Positions 51,328-61,851 of a stretch of DNA of 64,000 nt are shown piece by piece; within the stretch, counting starts at the first letter, position 1; the number at the start of each line of letters is the position of its first letter. The notes beneath the pieces are model-generated. The model saw only the letters and a program-made list of their open reading frames with translations, did no database searches and was not told the origin of the DNA. The stretch covers positions 32,001 through 96,000 of the forward strand of contig CAWEXY010000009.1 of the NCBI GenBank assembly GCA_963813135.1, given 5' to 3'. The translations under genes were made by a program, and so were the position numbers. The stretch comes from an uncultured Verrucomicrobiae bacterium (lineage in GTDB: Bacteria; Chlamydiota; Chlamydiia; Chlamydiales; Rhabdochlamydiaceae).

Positions 51328-51588
51328 TTACATTTTGCAGCTGCCGCCGGAAGATCCTTTTCCGGAACCGCATCCGCAGGAACCACAGCACATGCATTTG
51401 CATTTGCTGAGGAAACCGAGGCTCCAAACGCCTGCCAAACCTATAATAGCGTAGATTAAGCGTGCGAGCCAGGTCGTATTGCCGCTAGCAATCCAAGCAA
51501 CGAAGTCAAATTGGAAAAAACCCCAAAGGCCCCAGTTGAGAGCGCCAACGATGATGAGAATGAATGCTAAATAATTGAGACACTTCAT
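51328..51588 (-). CDS. DUF378 small membrane protein with Cys-rich tail
   Basis: IVGALNWGLWGFFQFDFVA...RLIYAIIGLAG. Confidence 0.85.
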   Translation of the reverse strand: MKCLNYLAFILIIVGALNWGLWGFFQFDFVAWIASGNTTWLARLIYAIIGLAGVWSLGFLSKCKCMCCGSCGCGSGKGSSGGSCKM

Positions 51589-51605
51589 GGAAAATCCTCC
51601 TATTT

Positions 51606-51771
51606 TAACCTGAATCGCCAGTTGCTTCTCGGAGATATCGGCGATAGGAAAAGCGACCTCTGGCGGCGGCCTTTTTCGCCAACCCCCTAAAGGGGTTGTC
51701 TGCAGCGGCCTTCTTAGATCTCACTTTTCCTAGGCCAATCTCTCACGAGATTCCACTAGCAACTCAGGTTA
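51606..51771. mobile_element. 166-bp palindromic MITE-like element
   Basis: TIRs taacctga / tcaggtta; central hairpin caacccc-ctaaa-ggggttg. Confidence 0.65.
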
Positions 51772-51814
51772 GTGTATTTTTTCTTACAATCCTCATCCTA
51801 GCGGAAATTCCAAC

Positions 51815-52547
51815 TTAACGCAAGAGCCCACAGATTTCTCTAAGGACTTTACGACGATTCTCCTCGCCGTTTTTCAAAAGAGGGTGGATTTGAGCCAAAT
51901 AGGGTCTGCTGGGCAAAAAATCCGTAGAATACTCGAGGTGGACCCCGCTCAAAATCGCTTGCCCTTTGCCATGAAAGCACTGGACGATCGCCGCCGACTC
52001 CCCTTCTAAATCCATGTACTTGCCCAAGACCTTTATGCCCGGCAGCTTGCCGGCGCCGATAAACCGGCATCCCCCATTAAAATAGACGTGAAAGGGCTCT
52101 TCTTCTTTCCACTGGACATAGGCAGCTTGTACCCCCGAAGGGATATCAGGACGGTATTTGCCTCTTCCATAAGCCGGCCCCTCGGCCATGCCAGGGAAAA
52201 AAAGAGAGCGACCTCGGGCCTAAAACCTCATAGGCCCCTCCCTTTTCGAATTCGATGGCGCTGCTGCCAAAATAGGCCCCCGCACAGATCCCCAGATAAT
52301 TCCCCCCGCCCTCTACGAAAGCGCGGATCCGGGCCGTCCCTGGGCCATCGAGAAGCCGGTGGTAAAAAATATCTCGGCCTCCGGGAACAACAAGAAGTTT
52401 AGCTTTGTCCTCCCAGTCCCCATGAATAATTTCTTGAGCGTCGACCCTGCGAATGGCGGCATCGAACTCTCGAGAAAAGCTTTTGATGACCTGTTTGAGC
52501 GCCATTCCATCGACGCCTTGATCGACATAGACAAGAATTTGTTGCAC
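51815..52547 (-). CDS. Biotin-protein ligase N-terminal-like (BPL_N, class I GATase-like) protein; frameshift in poly-A ~52197-52203
   Basis: LLVVPGGRD, GGNYLGICAGAYFG, YFNGG, ILSGVHLEY. Confidence 0.8.
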
Positions 52548-52574
52548 CTTATGCCTCCAAGCTCATAGAATAGA

Positions 52575-52892
52575 ATGTTAAGCTTTATGAACGAAGAAGA
52601 ATTTCGCAAGTTAACACAGCTCTGCCGTATTTCCTGCACTGAAGAAGAAAAAGATAATTTTCTTGGCAGTATCCGGCAAGTGCTCATTTATGTCGATCAG
52701 CTCAAGGAAGTCGACGTAGGAGGAGTTCCCCCTTGCAACACAGTCTTAGAGACCTTAAGCAATGTCTTTCGGGAAGACATCCCCGAACCACCTCTTTCCC
52801 GCGAGGCCTTTTTGGCCAACGCCCCCTCTCATGTAGGCGGCATGATCCGCGTCCCTCCGGTCATTAAAAATCCTGGCGAGGAACCGTTTTGA
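52575..52892 (+). CDS. gatC: Asp/Glu-tRNA amidotransferase subunit C
   Basis: LCRI, NVFREDIP, LANAP, VPPVI; position upstream of gatA. Confidence 0.93.
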   Translation: MLSFMNEEEFRKLTQLCRISCTEEEKDNFLGSIRQVLIYVDQLKEVDVGGVPPCNTVLETLSNVFREDIPEPPLSREAFLANAPSHVGGMIRVPPVIKNPGEEPF

Positions 52893-54355
52893 TGTATAAA
52901 CATGCTGCGACGGCTCTCCATAAACTTTTTATCGAAGGGTCCATTTCTGCAGAAGAAATTGTAAAAAAAACTCTGCAGCGCATCGAAGCCTTTGACCCTC
53001 AAGTGGGCTCATTCCTCCGCACAATGAAAAATCGGGCTCTCGAAAAAGCGGCAGCCCTCGATCAAAAACGCAAAAGCGGTAAACCCCTCGGCAAGCTCGC
53101 TGGCGTCCCCATCGCCGTCAAAGACAATATCCATATCCTCGGCGAGCTCACGACCTGCGCCTCCAAAATCCTTCAGAATTACCGCGCCGTCTTTGATGCG
53201 ACAGCTGTCCGCCTCATCGAAGCCGAAGATGGACTGCTGATCGGCAAAACGAACATGGACGAATTCGCCATGGGATCCTCCACCGAAAACTCGGCCTTTC
53301 AGCCCACAAAAAACCCCTGGAACCTCGCTTGCAGTCCGGGCGGTTCTTCAGGAGGCTCTGCCGCTGCCGTTGCTGCACGGTTTTGCCCCCTGTCGCTTGG
53401 ATCGGATACTGGCGGATCGATCCGCCAACCCGCCTCCTTTTCAGGCATCGTCGGGTTCAAACCCACCTACGGCAGGGTCTCTCGCTATGGCCTCGTCGCC
53501 TTCGGCTCATCTTTCGATCAAATCGGCCCCTTTGCCACGACCGTCTCAGATGCCGCGCTTCTGATGGAAGTGATGGGACATCCTTGCAAATTTGATGCGA
53601 CAAGCCTGCCCCTCCCTCCCGATGCCTACACCCAAAAACTCACGGCACCGATACGCGGCGCGCGCATCGGCGTCCCCCGCAGTTTCCTCAAAGACTTAAA
53701 CGCTGAGGCCAAAGCCCATTTCGAGCAAGCTCTATCCGTCTACCAAAAACTTGGTTGCACCATCGTCGATATCGACCTCGACATTCTGCGCTATGGCATC
53801 GCCGTCTATTACATCCTCGCCACAGCCGAAGCCTCGACCAACCTCGCCCGTTTTGACGGCGTCCGCTACGGCCACCGCTCCAAGGACGCCAAGACCATGG
53901 ACGAAGTCTTCGACCTTTCCCGCAAAGAAGGGTTTGGCCCCGAAGTCAAACGCCGCATCATGCTCGGCACCTACGTTCTCTCCTCCGGCTACCAAGATGC
54001 CTACTATAAACATGCGCAAAAAGTCCGCACCCTCGTGATCCAGCAATTTAAAAAAGCTTTTGGAGAGTGCGACATCATCGCCACCCCCACCTCCCCTTTC
54101 CCCGCCTTTGAGATCGGCGCCATCCAAGATCCCCTGCAAATGTACCTCGCCGACATCTACACCGTCTCCGCCAACCTCGCCGGCGTCCCTGCGATCTCCA
54201 TCCCCTGCGGCTTCACAAAGGACAATAAACCGATCGGCCTGCACCTCACCGGACCGCAACTCCACGATGCCGATGTCTTCCGCTTTGCCCATCACTTTGA
54301 GCTGGCCACTCCGTTTGCCAAGATCCCTCCCCTCTTCGATAAGGAGGCCCCATGA
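52889..54355 (+). CDS. gatA: Asp/Glu-tRNA amidotransferase subunit A
   Basis: GKTNMDEFAMGSS, PGGSSGGSAAAVA, GSDTGGSIRQPA. Confidence 0.97.
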   Translation: MMYKHAATALHKLFIEGSISAEEIVKKTLQRIEAFDPQVGSFLRTMKNRALEKAAALDQKRKSGKPLGKLAGVPIAVKDNIHILGELTTCASKILQNYRAVFDATAVRLIEAEDGLLIGKTNMDEFAMGSSTENSAFQPTKNPWNLACSPGGSSGGSAAAVAARFCPLSLGSDTGGSIRQPASFSGIVGFKPTYGRVSRYGLVAFGSSFDQIGPFATTVSDAALLMEVMGHPCKFDATSLPLPPDAYTQKLTAPIRGARIGVPRSFLKDLNAEAKAHFEQALSVYQKLGCTIVDIDLDILRYGIAVYYILATAEASTNLARFDGVRYGHRSKDAKTMDEVFDLSRKEGFGPEVKRRIMLGTYVLSSGYQDAYYKHAQKVRTLVIQQFKKAFGECDIIATPTSPFPAFEIGAIQDPLQMYLADIYTVSANLAGVPAISIPCGFTKDNKPIGLHLTGPQLHDADVFRFAHHFELATPFAKIPPLFDKEAP

Positions 54356-55800
54356 CCGGTTTTGATGACTGGGTCCCCATCATCGGCCTGGAGATCCACG
54401 TTCAGCTGAACACCCGCTCAAAAATCTTCGGCTCCGAGCCTTACCGCTTTGGAAGCGAGCCCAATACCGACATCGGCGTCGTCTGCACCGGCCAGCCCGG
54501 CGCCCTTCCCACCCTCAACCGCCAGGCCCTCCATAAGGCCATCCTCTTTGGCTGCGCCGTCCATGCCAACATCTCCCGCTTCTGCCGCTTCGACCGCAAG
54601 TCCTACTTCTATCCCGATAACCCTAAAAACTACCAAATCACACAGTTCGACCACCCCATCGTCGTCGGAGGCATCGTCCCCGCTGAAGTCAGCGGCGAAG
54701 TCAAACACTTTAAAATCCACCATGCCCACCTCGAAGAAGACGCCGGCATGCTCAAGCACTTCTCCACCTTTTCCGGCGTCGACTATAACCGCGCGGGCGT
54801 CGGCCTCCTCGAGATTGTTTCGGAACCCTGCATGCACTCCCCTAAAGACGCCGCTGCCTATGCCATGGCCATCAAAGCCATCATGGAATACATCGACGCC
54901 TCCGATTGCAATATGGAAGAAGGGTCGCTGCGCATCGATGCCAACGTCTCTGTCCGCCGCAAAGATGAGACCCAGCTCCGTCCCAAGATCGAAGTCAAGA
55001 ACATGAACTCGTTCAGCAATATGGAGATGGCCATCGAAGCCGAGATCCGCCGCCAGATCCAGTTCTACATCGCCCATCCCCACGAACTCGTCACCCAAGG
55101 CACCTACCGGTTCGACACCGAGACCGGCGCCACCGTCCTCATGCGTGCCAAAGAAGGCGCCGAAGATTACCGCTACTTCCCCGAGCCCGATCTTCCCCCC
55201 GTCCTTCTCACCGATGCCGAGATCGACGAGATCCGCAAAACCCTCCCCGAGCTCCCCCATGATCGCTACAAACGCTACCTCACTACCCTTGAGCTCCCCG
55301 TTCAAAATGCTGCCGTGCTCATCAGCACCAAAAAGCTCTCCGACTATTTTGAAGAGGCCCTAAAGCTCCATCCCAACGCCAAGAGCCTTTCCAATTGGAT
55401 CTCTTCGGAGTTTGCCGGCCGCCTCAAAGATACTGGAAAGAACCTCTGGGACATCATCCCCGCCCGCCACATTGCCGAGCTCGTGCGCCTCATCGACTCG
55501 GGCGTCATCACCGGTAAGATCGCCAAAAGCGTCGCCGACGACATGCTCGCCTCCCCCGACAAGTCTCCCGAAGCGATAGTCAAGGCCAATCCTGACTACC
55601 AACCCTTAAGCGACACATCGACGATCGAGCCCCTCGTCGACCAAGTCCTCGCCGCAAATCCCGACGCGATCGCCGCCTTCAAAGAAGGCAAGAAAAAATC
55701 GTTCGCGTTCCTCGTGGGCGAAGTGATGAAGCTCTGCCGCGGCAAAGCCTCGCCCGCCGTCGTCAACGACCTCCTTCTGAAAAAGATTGAAAAGATGTAG
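54352..55800 (+). CDS. gatB: Asp/Glu-tRNA amidotransferase subunit B
   Basis: IGLEIHVQL, RKSYFYPD, HLEEDAG, DYRYFPEPDL. Confidence 0.97.
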   Translation: MTGFDDWVPIIGLEIHVQLNTRSKIFGSEPYRFGSEPNTDIGVVCTGQPGALPTLNRQALHKAILFGCAVHANISRFCRFDRKSYFYPDNPKNYQITQFDHPIVVGGIVPAEVSGEVKHFKIHHAHLEEDAGMLKHFSTFSGVDYNRAGVGLLEIVSEPCMHSPKDAAAYAMAIKAIMEYIDASDCNMEEGSLRIDANVSVRRKDETQLRPKIEVKNMNSFSNMEMAIEAEIRRQIQFYIAHPHELVTQGTYRFDTETGATVLMRAKEGAEDYRYFPEPDLPPVLLTDAEIDEIRKTLPELPHDRYKRYLTTLELPVQNAAVLISTKKLSDYFEEALKLHPNAKSLSNWISSEFAGRLKDTGKNLWDIIPARHIAELVRLIDSGVITGKIAKSVADDMLASPDKSPEAIVKANPDYQPLSDTSTIEPLVDQVLAANPDAIAAFKEGKKKSFAFLVGEVMKLCRGKASPAVVNDLLLKKIEKM

Positions 55801-55804
55801 CCTA

Positions 55805-56077
55805 GTGAAAGACACATCGCCTGAAATTGAAGAAAAAGTCCGTGAAATGATACGCGCAAAAACCCCTGCCGAGCGTTACAAAATGGGATGGTCGATGTAT
55901 CTCACGTCGAGAAGGCTCGTCATCGAAGCTATCCGCAGAGAAAACCCCAACATCTCCGATCAAGACCTTCGTGTAGAATTCTTCTTGAGATTCTACCAGG
56001 ACGACTTTGGTCCTGAAGAACAAGAAAAGATCATCTCTTATCTCCGGCAGCACACATCTGATAAACCCTTTTGCTAA
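55805..56077 (+). CDS. Small hypothetical protein
   Basis: GTG-start 90-aa ORF (KDTSPEIEEK...TPAER...FFLRFY) right after gatB. Confidence 0.6.
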   Translation: MKDTSPEIEEKVREMIRAKTPAERYKMGWSMYLTSRRLVIEAIRRENPNISDQDLRVEFFLRFYQDDFGPEEQEKIISYLRQHTSDKPFC

Positions 56078-56094
56078 AAAAGGTGCATTGCATA

Positions 56095-58857
56095 CTACGA
56101 TTTTGCTTCGGGATCGTAGAGAATCTGGCAGCAGGAAACTTTGAATTGGCCATTGGGCTGAATGCCATGGCCGGCATCGGAATACTCAAAAGGAGCAGGC
56201 CCTCCTAAAGCTGTAAGCTTGCCCTTATACTGCTCGGCGCCTTTTACATAGCTTCCTATCACCAGCGGCAGGCCCAGCGCTTTAGCTTTTTGCAGGCACC
56301 CCTCTTTGACCATCTCTTGCGCGAGGGAATTCCCTTGAGCATCGCTGTAGATCCGCTCCATCAACAATACGGGCTTTCCTGCCTCCTCATCTAACATCAA
56401 CCGAAGCACGCTGCGGGCAATGATTTTGCCCGTTTTATCCTTGACGGCAATGGCTCGATTTTTTCCATCGAGAGCATAGGCGAGCAAACATTTATTATTT
56501 TCGACATCAGCCATAATATGCTGGCAGCTCTGGAGCACCTCGGTTCCTAGCAATAACAGATCTTCCCATTCATCGGTATCTAGGACAACAAAATCACTCG
56601 TCGCAGCCCCTTTAGAGGCCAGCGCTTTCAATATGTCCTCAATGTCGCGAGAGAACTGCATTTGCCCGGGGACTAATGTTTTTAACTGCTTCAATTTTTC
56701 CTCGATCTCATCGACTGGCAAATCTTGCGTGACGAGTTCTAAGAAAAGACTCTCCATCGGGTATTGCTGGGGATCTATTTTCCCCGCCTTCACATCCTTA
56801 TGGTAAAGAAGCGATCCCTCGCCCATATGCTTATCCCCCGCGGCTTGCAGGAGGGCCTTGCGCACCCGTTCTTGAGGCGTTATTTGAGATACAGAGGCGC
56901 TCTTGTTGGATTGAATAGGAAGGGATGTCTTCCATTGCTCGAAAAGCTGAGGATAATCACGAGAAATCGCATAGAGGTGCGGATTATTGTCCAGCGCATA
57001 ACGGGTTTCAGAGAATTTGTCATCTAGCACGGCCCTTACAAACCTTTGGAGGGCGGCATTCAGTTCTTGTTTTTCCGGTAAGCTTTGCAAACGGGCGGCA
57101 TAGATGAGGAGCGCATTGGGATAGCGCTTCGACTCGCAAAAATTTTGATTAAATCGCTTTTCGTCGGCATCAGTTTTTAGATTAAATATCGACTTTTCAT
57201 ACTCATGCAAGGCTCTATTGACCGCTGTAACATCCTTGCACTTTTTAAAGTCATCAAATCCTGCAAAAATCAAAGAAATACGGTTGACGGGAACTGTTTC
57301 CTTCCCCGCTGCCCCCAGTACAATTTCTAGCAGACGTTTCATTTCATCACCCTGGCTGGGGAAGTTTAATGAACTGAGCGCATCATTCACGGTGGCTAAA
57401 ACTCTATCTCCTTTATATCTAGCGGATGATAGACTTTGTAATAGTGCTCGTACTTTATTCGAATCGTTCAATAGATAGTATAATAAAAGCCCTGACGCAA
57501 GAACTCTTTTCGGCATCCCTTGTGTCATCTCTATCCATTTCTTGCCCTTTTCTCGATCCGTAAAATAAGGAAGCAAAAGGAAAAAAAGTCCATCCTTCAC
57601 AAGACCCGACGGGAGCTTGAAAACTTCAACAAACAAGCTTACAAGTTCTTTCTTTTCGGTAATTCTTTCAAACTGCGGGCCAGCCTCTCGCCAAATCTCT
57701 TCCAAGAATTTGACTAACCGCGCCATCAACTCCATTTTGAAGTGGGGATTTATCAGCTTTCTTAAAATTTTGTTGAGGTGGGCATTTAGCTTACGGTAAA
57801 CCTCAGTGTCAGGAAACGGAAGCGATTGGTTTATCAGACTATTCCATTCACTTTTATATTGATCTAGCAATTCTCCAGGGACTGATTGCAGAAAGCTTGT
57901 AAGAGCGATTCCCATCGAAGGCGGCTGTTTGGGCATGTGTCTGAAATAAAGATCTTTTATGTTTTGGAATAGATTTTCGGCAATTTTGAGGAATGCTTTA
58001 TTTGCGATTTCCGGCTCAGATTGTTTTGCCATTTCGCTAAGTTTCTGAGTGGATTCATCAAATTCAGAAATCACATATTGGAGAACGAGCCCCAGCAATG
58101 TTGGATTGCGGCTGTCTAAATCGCAGATGAGTTTGGCAAAGGTCTCGTATGGAACCGTATAATGCGACAAAAATCTGAGTAAAAAATCGCACAACTCTTT
58201 TCGAGAGGTCTTCCGAATGGTAATCTTGGCCCATTCGATGTAATTGTTATTAAGAAGGTATATTAAATTTTCGCCTTCACGGTGATGTTTAAAAAACTCT
58301 TCGAAAACAACGTGCAACCCTTTATCTTGAATTAATTTGCGTTCTTGTTCGGCAATATATTGCTCCACTTGATTAATAAGATCTTGAGAAATAGGACGCC
58401 GCCTGTTATGTATTTTCCTACTCAATTTAAGACAATCGGTGATAGATAAATCGCAACATTTAACTAAATCCATCAACAAGTCATTTTGCTCAAACTTATT
58501 AGGATCGCTAAAATCGAAACTAGCTAATAAATATCTGCGCGCATCATTGCATAATGTATTAGAAACAGCCAAAAAAGGATTGTAATCCTTAATAGAGGTC
58601 GACAACTGAAACCCATACCGCATTTGCTCAAATCTATCAGGGTTCCATCGTTGAACTTTTTCAAAAGCCTCTTCGCGCGAGTTCAACCCCCAGCCTTGAA
58701 ATGCATTAACCTGCCATAACTCGGCGACCAATTGTTGGCATTTGGCAAGGCGCTCTGGATCATTCCCTCCTTTAGGGCTGATGACGACTTTTTCTAGATC
58801 GGCGATTAGGCGAAATCCGCGATCCCAGCTTTGAATCAGATTATTTGAAGTACTCAT
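56095..58857 (-). CDS. Large hypothetical protein, paralog A
   Basis: 920 aa; C-terminal DTDEWEDL.LLGTEVL.SCQHI...NKCLLAY.LDGKNRAI...ARSVLRL shared with paralog B. Confidence 0.8.
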   Translation of the reverse strand: MSTSNNLIQSWDRGFRLIADLEKVVISPKGGNDPERLAKCQQLVAELWQVNAFQGWGLNSREEAFEKVQRWNPDRFEQMRYGFQLSTSIKDYNPFLAVSNTLCNDARRYLLASFDFSDPNKFEQNDLLMDLVKCCDLSITDCLKLSRKIHNRRRPISQDLINQVEQYIAEQERKLIQDKGLHVVFEEFFKHHREGENLIYLLNNNYIEWAKITIRKTSRKELCDFLLRFLSHYTVPYETFAKLICDLDSRNPTLLGLVLQYVISEFDESTQKLSEMAKQSEPEIANKAFLKIAENLFQNIKDLYFRHMPKQPPSMGIALTSFLQSVPGELLDQYKSEWNSLINQSLPFPDTEVYRKLNAHLNKILRKLINPHFKMELMARLVKFLEEIWREAGPQFERITEKKELVSLFVEVFKLPSGLVKDGLFFLLLPYFTDREKGKKWIEMTQGMPKRVLASGLLLYYLLNDSNKVRALLQSLSSARYKGDRVLATVNDALSSLNFPSQGDEMKRLLEIVLGAAGKETVPVNRISLIFAGFDDFKKCKDVTAVNRALHEYEKSIFNLKTDADEKRFNQNFCESKRYPNALLIYAARLQSLPEKQELNAALQRFVRAVLDDKFSETRYALDNNPHLYAISRDYPQLFEQWKTSLPIQSNKSASVSQITPQERVRKALLQAAGDKHMGEGSLLYHKDVKAGKIDPQQYPMESLFLELVTQDLPVDEIEEKLKQLKTLVPGQMQFSRDIEDILKALASKGAATSDFVVLDTDEWEDLLLLGTEVLQSCQHIMADVENNKCLLAYALDGKNRAIAVKDKTGKIIARSVLRLMLDEEAGKPVLLMERIYSDAQGNSLAQEMVKEGCLQKAKALGLPLVIGSYVKGAEQYKGKLTALGGPAPFEYSDAGHGIQPNGQFKVSCCQILYDPEAKS

Positions 58858-58966
58858 AATTTACTCACGCTATACATTATACCATAATTTAAAATTATTT
58901 GTATATATAATCAATCATGAAGCACATTTTTAAGTAACTAATATTGAGCGGCTTGAACGATTTAAT

Positions 58967-61786
58967 TTAGGATTTTGCTTCGGGATCGTAGAGAACCTCG
59001 CAGCTGGGAATTTGGAACTTTCCATCCGGGCAAATATTCTTCACACTATCACAATATTCATAAGGGACAGGACCCCCTAAGGCTTCAACAGTGTTTGGGT
59101 ACAAGGGCGCTTTCGCCCCAACAACAACGAGCGGCAGCTTCATAGCCTTCGCCTTTTGCAGGCACCCTTCCTTCACCATCTGGATGGCCTCTGTAGAAGA
59201 GCTTATATCTGTATAAGTAGGTTCCATCAATAAAACGGGTTTTTGGGCCTTAGTATCCCAGAGAAGGCGCAGCACGGACCTTGCTACGATTTTGCCATCA
59301 CTGTTTTTCACAACGATCGCCCGATTTTTTCCATCGAGAACATAAGCGAGCAAGCATTTATTGAGCAGCGGCTGAGCTAGCGCAATATGCTGGCAGCTAC
59401 TAAGAACTTCTGTTCCAAGTAAAAATAAATCTTCCCATTCATCCGTATCTTTGACCACCAGTTCTTTTGTTGAAGCGGCCCTTTTAGAAGCGATTTTTTT
59501 TAGCAAATCTGCAACGTCATTTTGGAACTGGGGCATCTCTTTAGGAACTTTCTTTTGGAGTTCTTTGAGTTTTTCCTTCATTTCATCGATGTCCATCTCT
59601 TTCGATAGAAGCTCAAGACATAGACTTTCCACCGGATATTTCTCGGGATCAATCGGGTCTTTTGATTTGAGCAGCTGTGCGGAAAGAATAGAATCGGGGC
59701 CGAGATGTTTGTTCTCGATTGCCATCAGGAGGTCTTTTTTGATCTGCTGCTGCAACCCTCCCTCCGAGCAGGAGTCGTCTATTTTCCCCACCTGAATTTG
59801 GATGGGCGACTTCCATGCCTCTAAACGAGCCGGGTCTTTCTCAGAAATCATTTTTAAGTGCGGGTTATTTTCAAGATTGTAGCGCGTTGTTGCAAATTTG
59901 TTATCTAGGATAGAGCGGACGAAGATCTGCAACGATGCGTTAAGTTTCCCCGTCTCGCCTGTCAAACTTTGTAATCTGCTTGCATAGATGAGTAACCCGT
60001 TTGCAAACCGCTTTGAATCAGTAAAATGTTTATCAAACAGTTGAAGCTCGCTTTTATCAATTTTGAACAAATCTACAATTAATCCAGGAATAAATTCGTT
60101 TGCTTGTTCAATAGTTGTTATATTTTCCAAATTTATGCAATTGACATATTCCCAAGCTAAAAGAATGGAAATATTCTCTCGGGCCTTGTCTTGTGCTTTT
60201 CTATGAGCTGCGATCCGCTGTTGATAGTCTCGGCTTCGCTCGTTCGCCCGTTGTGCTGTTGGCTCTTCTATAATAAGATTTAATAAATGCAGCTTTTTAT
60301 CATCTGATAAACTAGCAGTGGTTGTCGTTAGTAGATGTATAAATTCATTGATTGCTGCTAACTCTTTTCGGTCTCGGAATCGATGTCCGGACAGTTGCTT
60401 TAAAATCGCCCGGGTGCTTTTACAATCTGAATTTAGTAAGAACAAGAGAAGCGCTGAGATCAGAACTCTCTGGGGCAGTTTTTCGGTTTGATTCAATTGT
60501 ATTGTCTCCATCCACGATGCGCGGGCGCTAGAGTCATTATAAAGAGCTAGGAAAGGTTCAGTAACCGCCTTTTCAATTTCGGAGTTATGCAATTTAAACA
60601 TTTCCTCAAAAACAGGGACTAGATCTTTTTCTACAAACATGGCAGATCTGATAGATTTAGTCGCCATCGCGTTCATAAGCCAGGCCAATCGGTCCAATTT
60701 GAATTGAATGTTGTCCCATTTTTTTAGAGTTTTCTGAATCATCTCTTTCAAGCAATTTACAGAACAACCTTTTTTTGTTTTGAGAAATGGCAATGTCTCA
60801 TTAATTACCTGATGCCAAGCTTCCATCGTTGAGTCGGGATCCCTATTGAATGGAATTTTCCTTGTCAATTCCCTAATCATGTCGCCTATATTCGATGGCC
60901 AATTTTCCAATACGCGCTCCCAGATGTGTACCATATTATACTGATACATTCTCCTATAGACGTTAGAGACTGTTTGGGGATCGTATTGGTTGGCGAAAAT
61001 TGTTTCGTGATTGTTACCGTATCGATCACCTAAAATATACTCTAACCCTAAGAACAACGGTGATGTCTCAGAAAAATTTGGAGAAGAAAGCAATTTTACA
61101 TAGATTTGTGCGAACTCGTCCGCCTCAAAACCGTAGGGTTGGAAGAAATCATGAACTGCAGAGTTAAAATCCGAAGTTATGCCTTTTGAAAAATCAAAAT
61201 CACTTGAGCGCTTATTTTGCTGGATTAAATAATTCTCAAACTGTTGTTCCCAATCAATAGATAAGATCCTCTCCTTAATTTTAGCATCAATAAGCTTAGT
61301 TAATGTTGAATGAGATTCAACCCGGTTGTTCTTTTCTTTTATTTCGAAAAAATCTGCCAAATCGAAATCCGCAGTATGCTCATTGATGATTCTATAAATT
61401 GAATTGATCTGTTGAGGCGAAAGAAGTGAAAATTGGTTTAAAGCAGATAATATGATTTGTTTGCGAAGCGCACGACAAGTGTCTTTAAGACATGTAAGAT
61501 CAAGATTTTGTAAAAGAACTTTGAGCTCATTTTGATCAATCATCTCTCTGTAATAATAATTTAAACCACAAGGAGAAAACCTTCTTCCGTGCTGCTGTAA
61601 AAGTACAATGTCGATTTCGGCAAGATCCGAAAATCTAGAGGTGTTTGCGATCGTCCCCAACAAGTGCAGGGCCCTTTCGAAGCAAGCTTGGCTCTTTTTC
61701 TTGGGAGAATCGGCTAATAGCTCGTCCACTTCCTTCAAAGCGCGGAAGTTCTGATCCCATATTTGTAATGTATTTATCATACTCAT
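58967..61786 (-). CDS. Large hypothetical protein, paralog B
   Basis: 939 aa; same conserved C-terminal domain, both end LYDPEAKS. Confidence 0.8.
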   Translation of the reverse strand: MSMINTLQIWDQNFRALKEVDELLADSPKKKSQACFERALHLLGTIANTSRFSDLAEIDIVLLQQHGRRFSPCGLNYYYREMIDQNELKVLLQNLDLTCLKDTCRALRKQIILSALNQFSLLSPQQINSIYRIINEHTADFDLADFFEIKEKNNRVESHSTLTKLIDAKIKERILSIDWEQQFENYLIQQNKRSSDFDFSKGITSDFNSAVHDFFQPYGFEADEFAQIYVKLLSSPNFSETSPLFLGLEYILGDRYGNNHETIFANQYDPQTVSNVYRRMYQYNMVHIWERVLENWPSNIGDMIRELTRKIPFNRDPDSTMEAWHQVINETLPFLKTKKGCSVNCLKEMIQKTLKKWDNIQFKLDRLAWLMNAMATKSIRSAMFVEKDLVPVFEEMFKLHNSEIEKAVTEPFLALYNDSSARASWMETIQLNQTEKLPQRVLISALLLFLLNSDCKSTRAILKQLSGHRFRDRKELAAINEFIHLLTTTTASLSDDKKLHLLNLIIEEPTAQRANERSRDYQQRIAAHRKAQDKARENISILLAWEYVNCINLENITTIEQANEFIPGLIVDLFKIDKSELQLFDKHFTDSKRFANGLLIYASRLQSLTGETGKLNASLQIFVRSILDNKFATTRYNLENNPHLKMISEKDPARLEAWKSPIQIQVGKIDDSCSEGGLQQQIKKDLLMAIENKHLGPDSILSAQLLKSKDPIDPEKYPVESLCLELLSKEMDIDEMKEKLKELQKKVPKEMPQFQNDVADLLKKIASKRAASTKELVVKDTDEWEDLFLLGTEVLSSCQHIALAQPLLNKCLLAYVLDGKNRAIVVKNSDGKIVARSVLRLLWDTKAQKPVLLMEPTYTDISSSTEAIQMVKEGCLQKAKAMKLPLVVVGAKAPLYPNTVEALGGPVPYEYCDSVKNICPDGKFQIPSCEVLYDPEAKS

Positions 61787-61851
61787 AAGAATATTATACT
61801 ATATACTAAATAATTTAGTATACATTTATATTTACGACTCAACACACTAAT

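Noticed and set aside
55805..56077. Toxin-antitoxin module after gatB
   Set aside because: No partner gene is adjacent and no recognisable toxin motif
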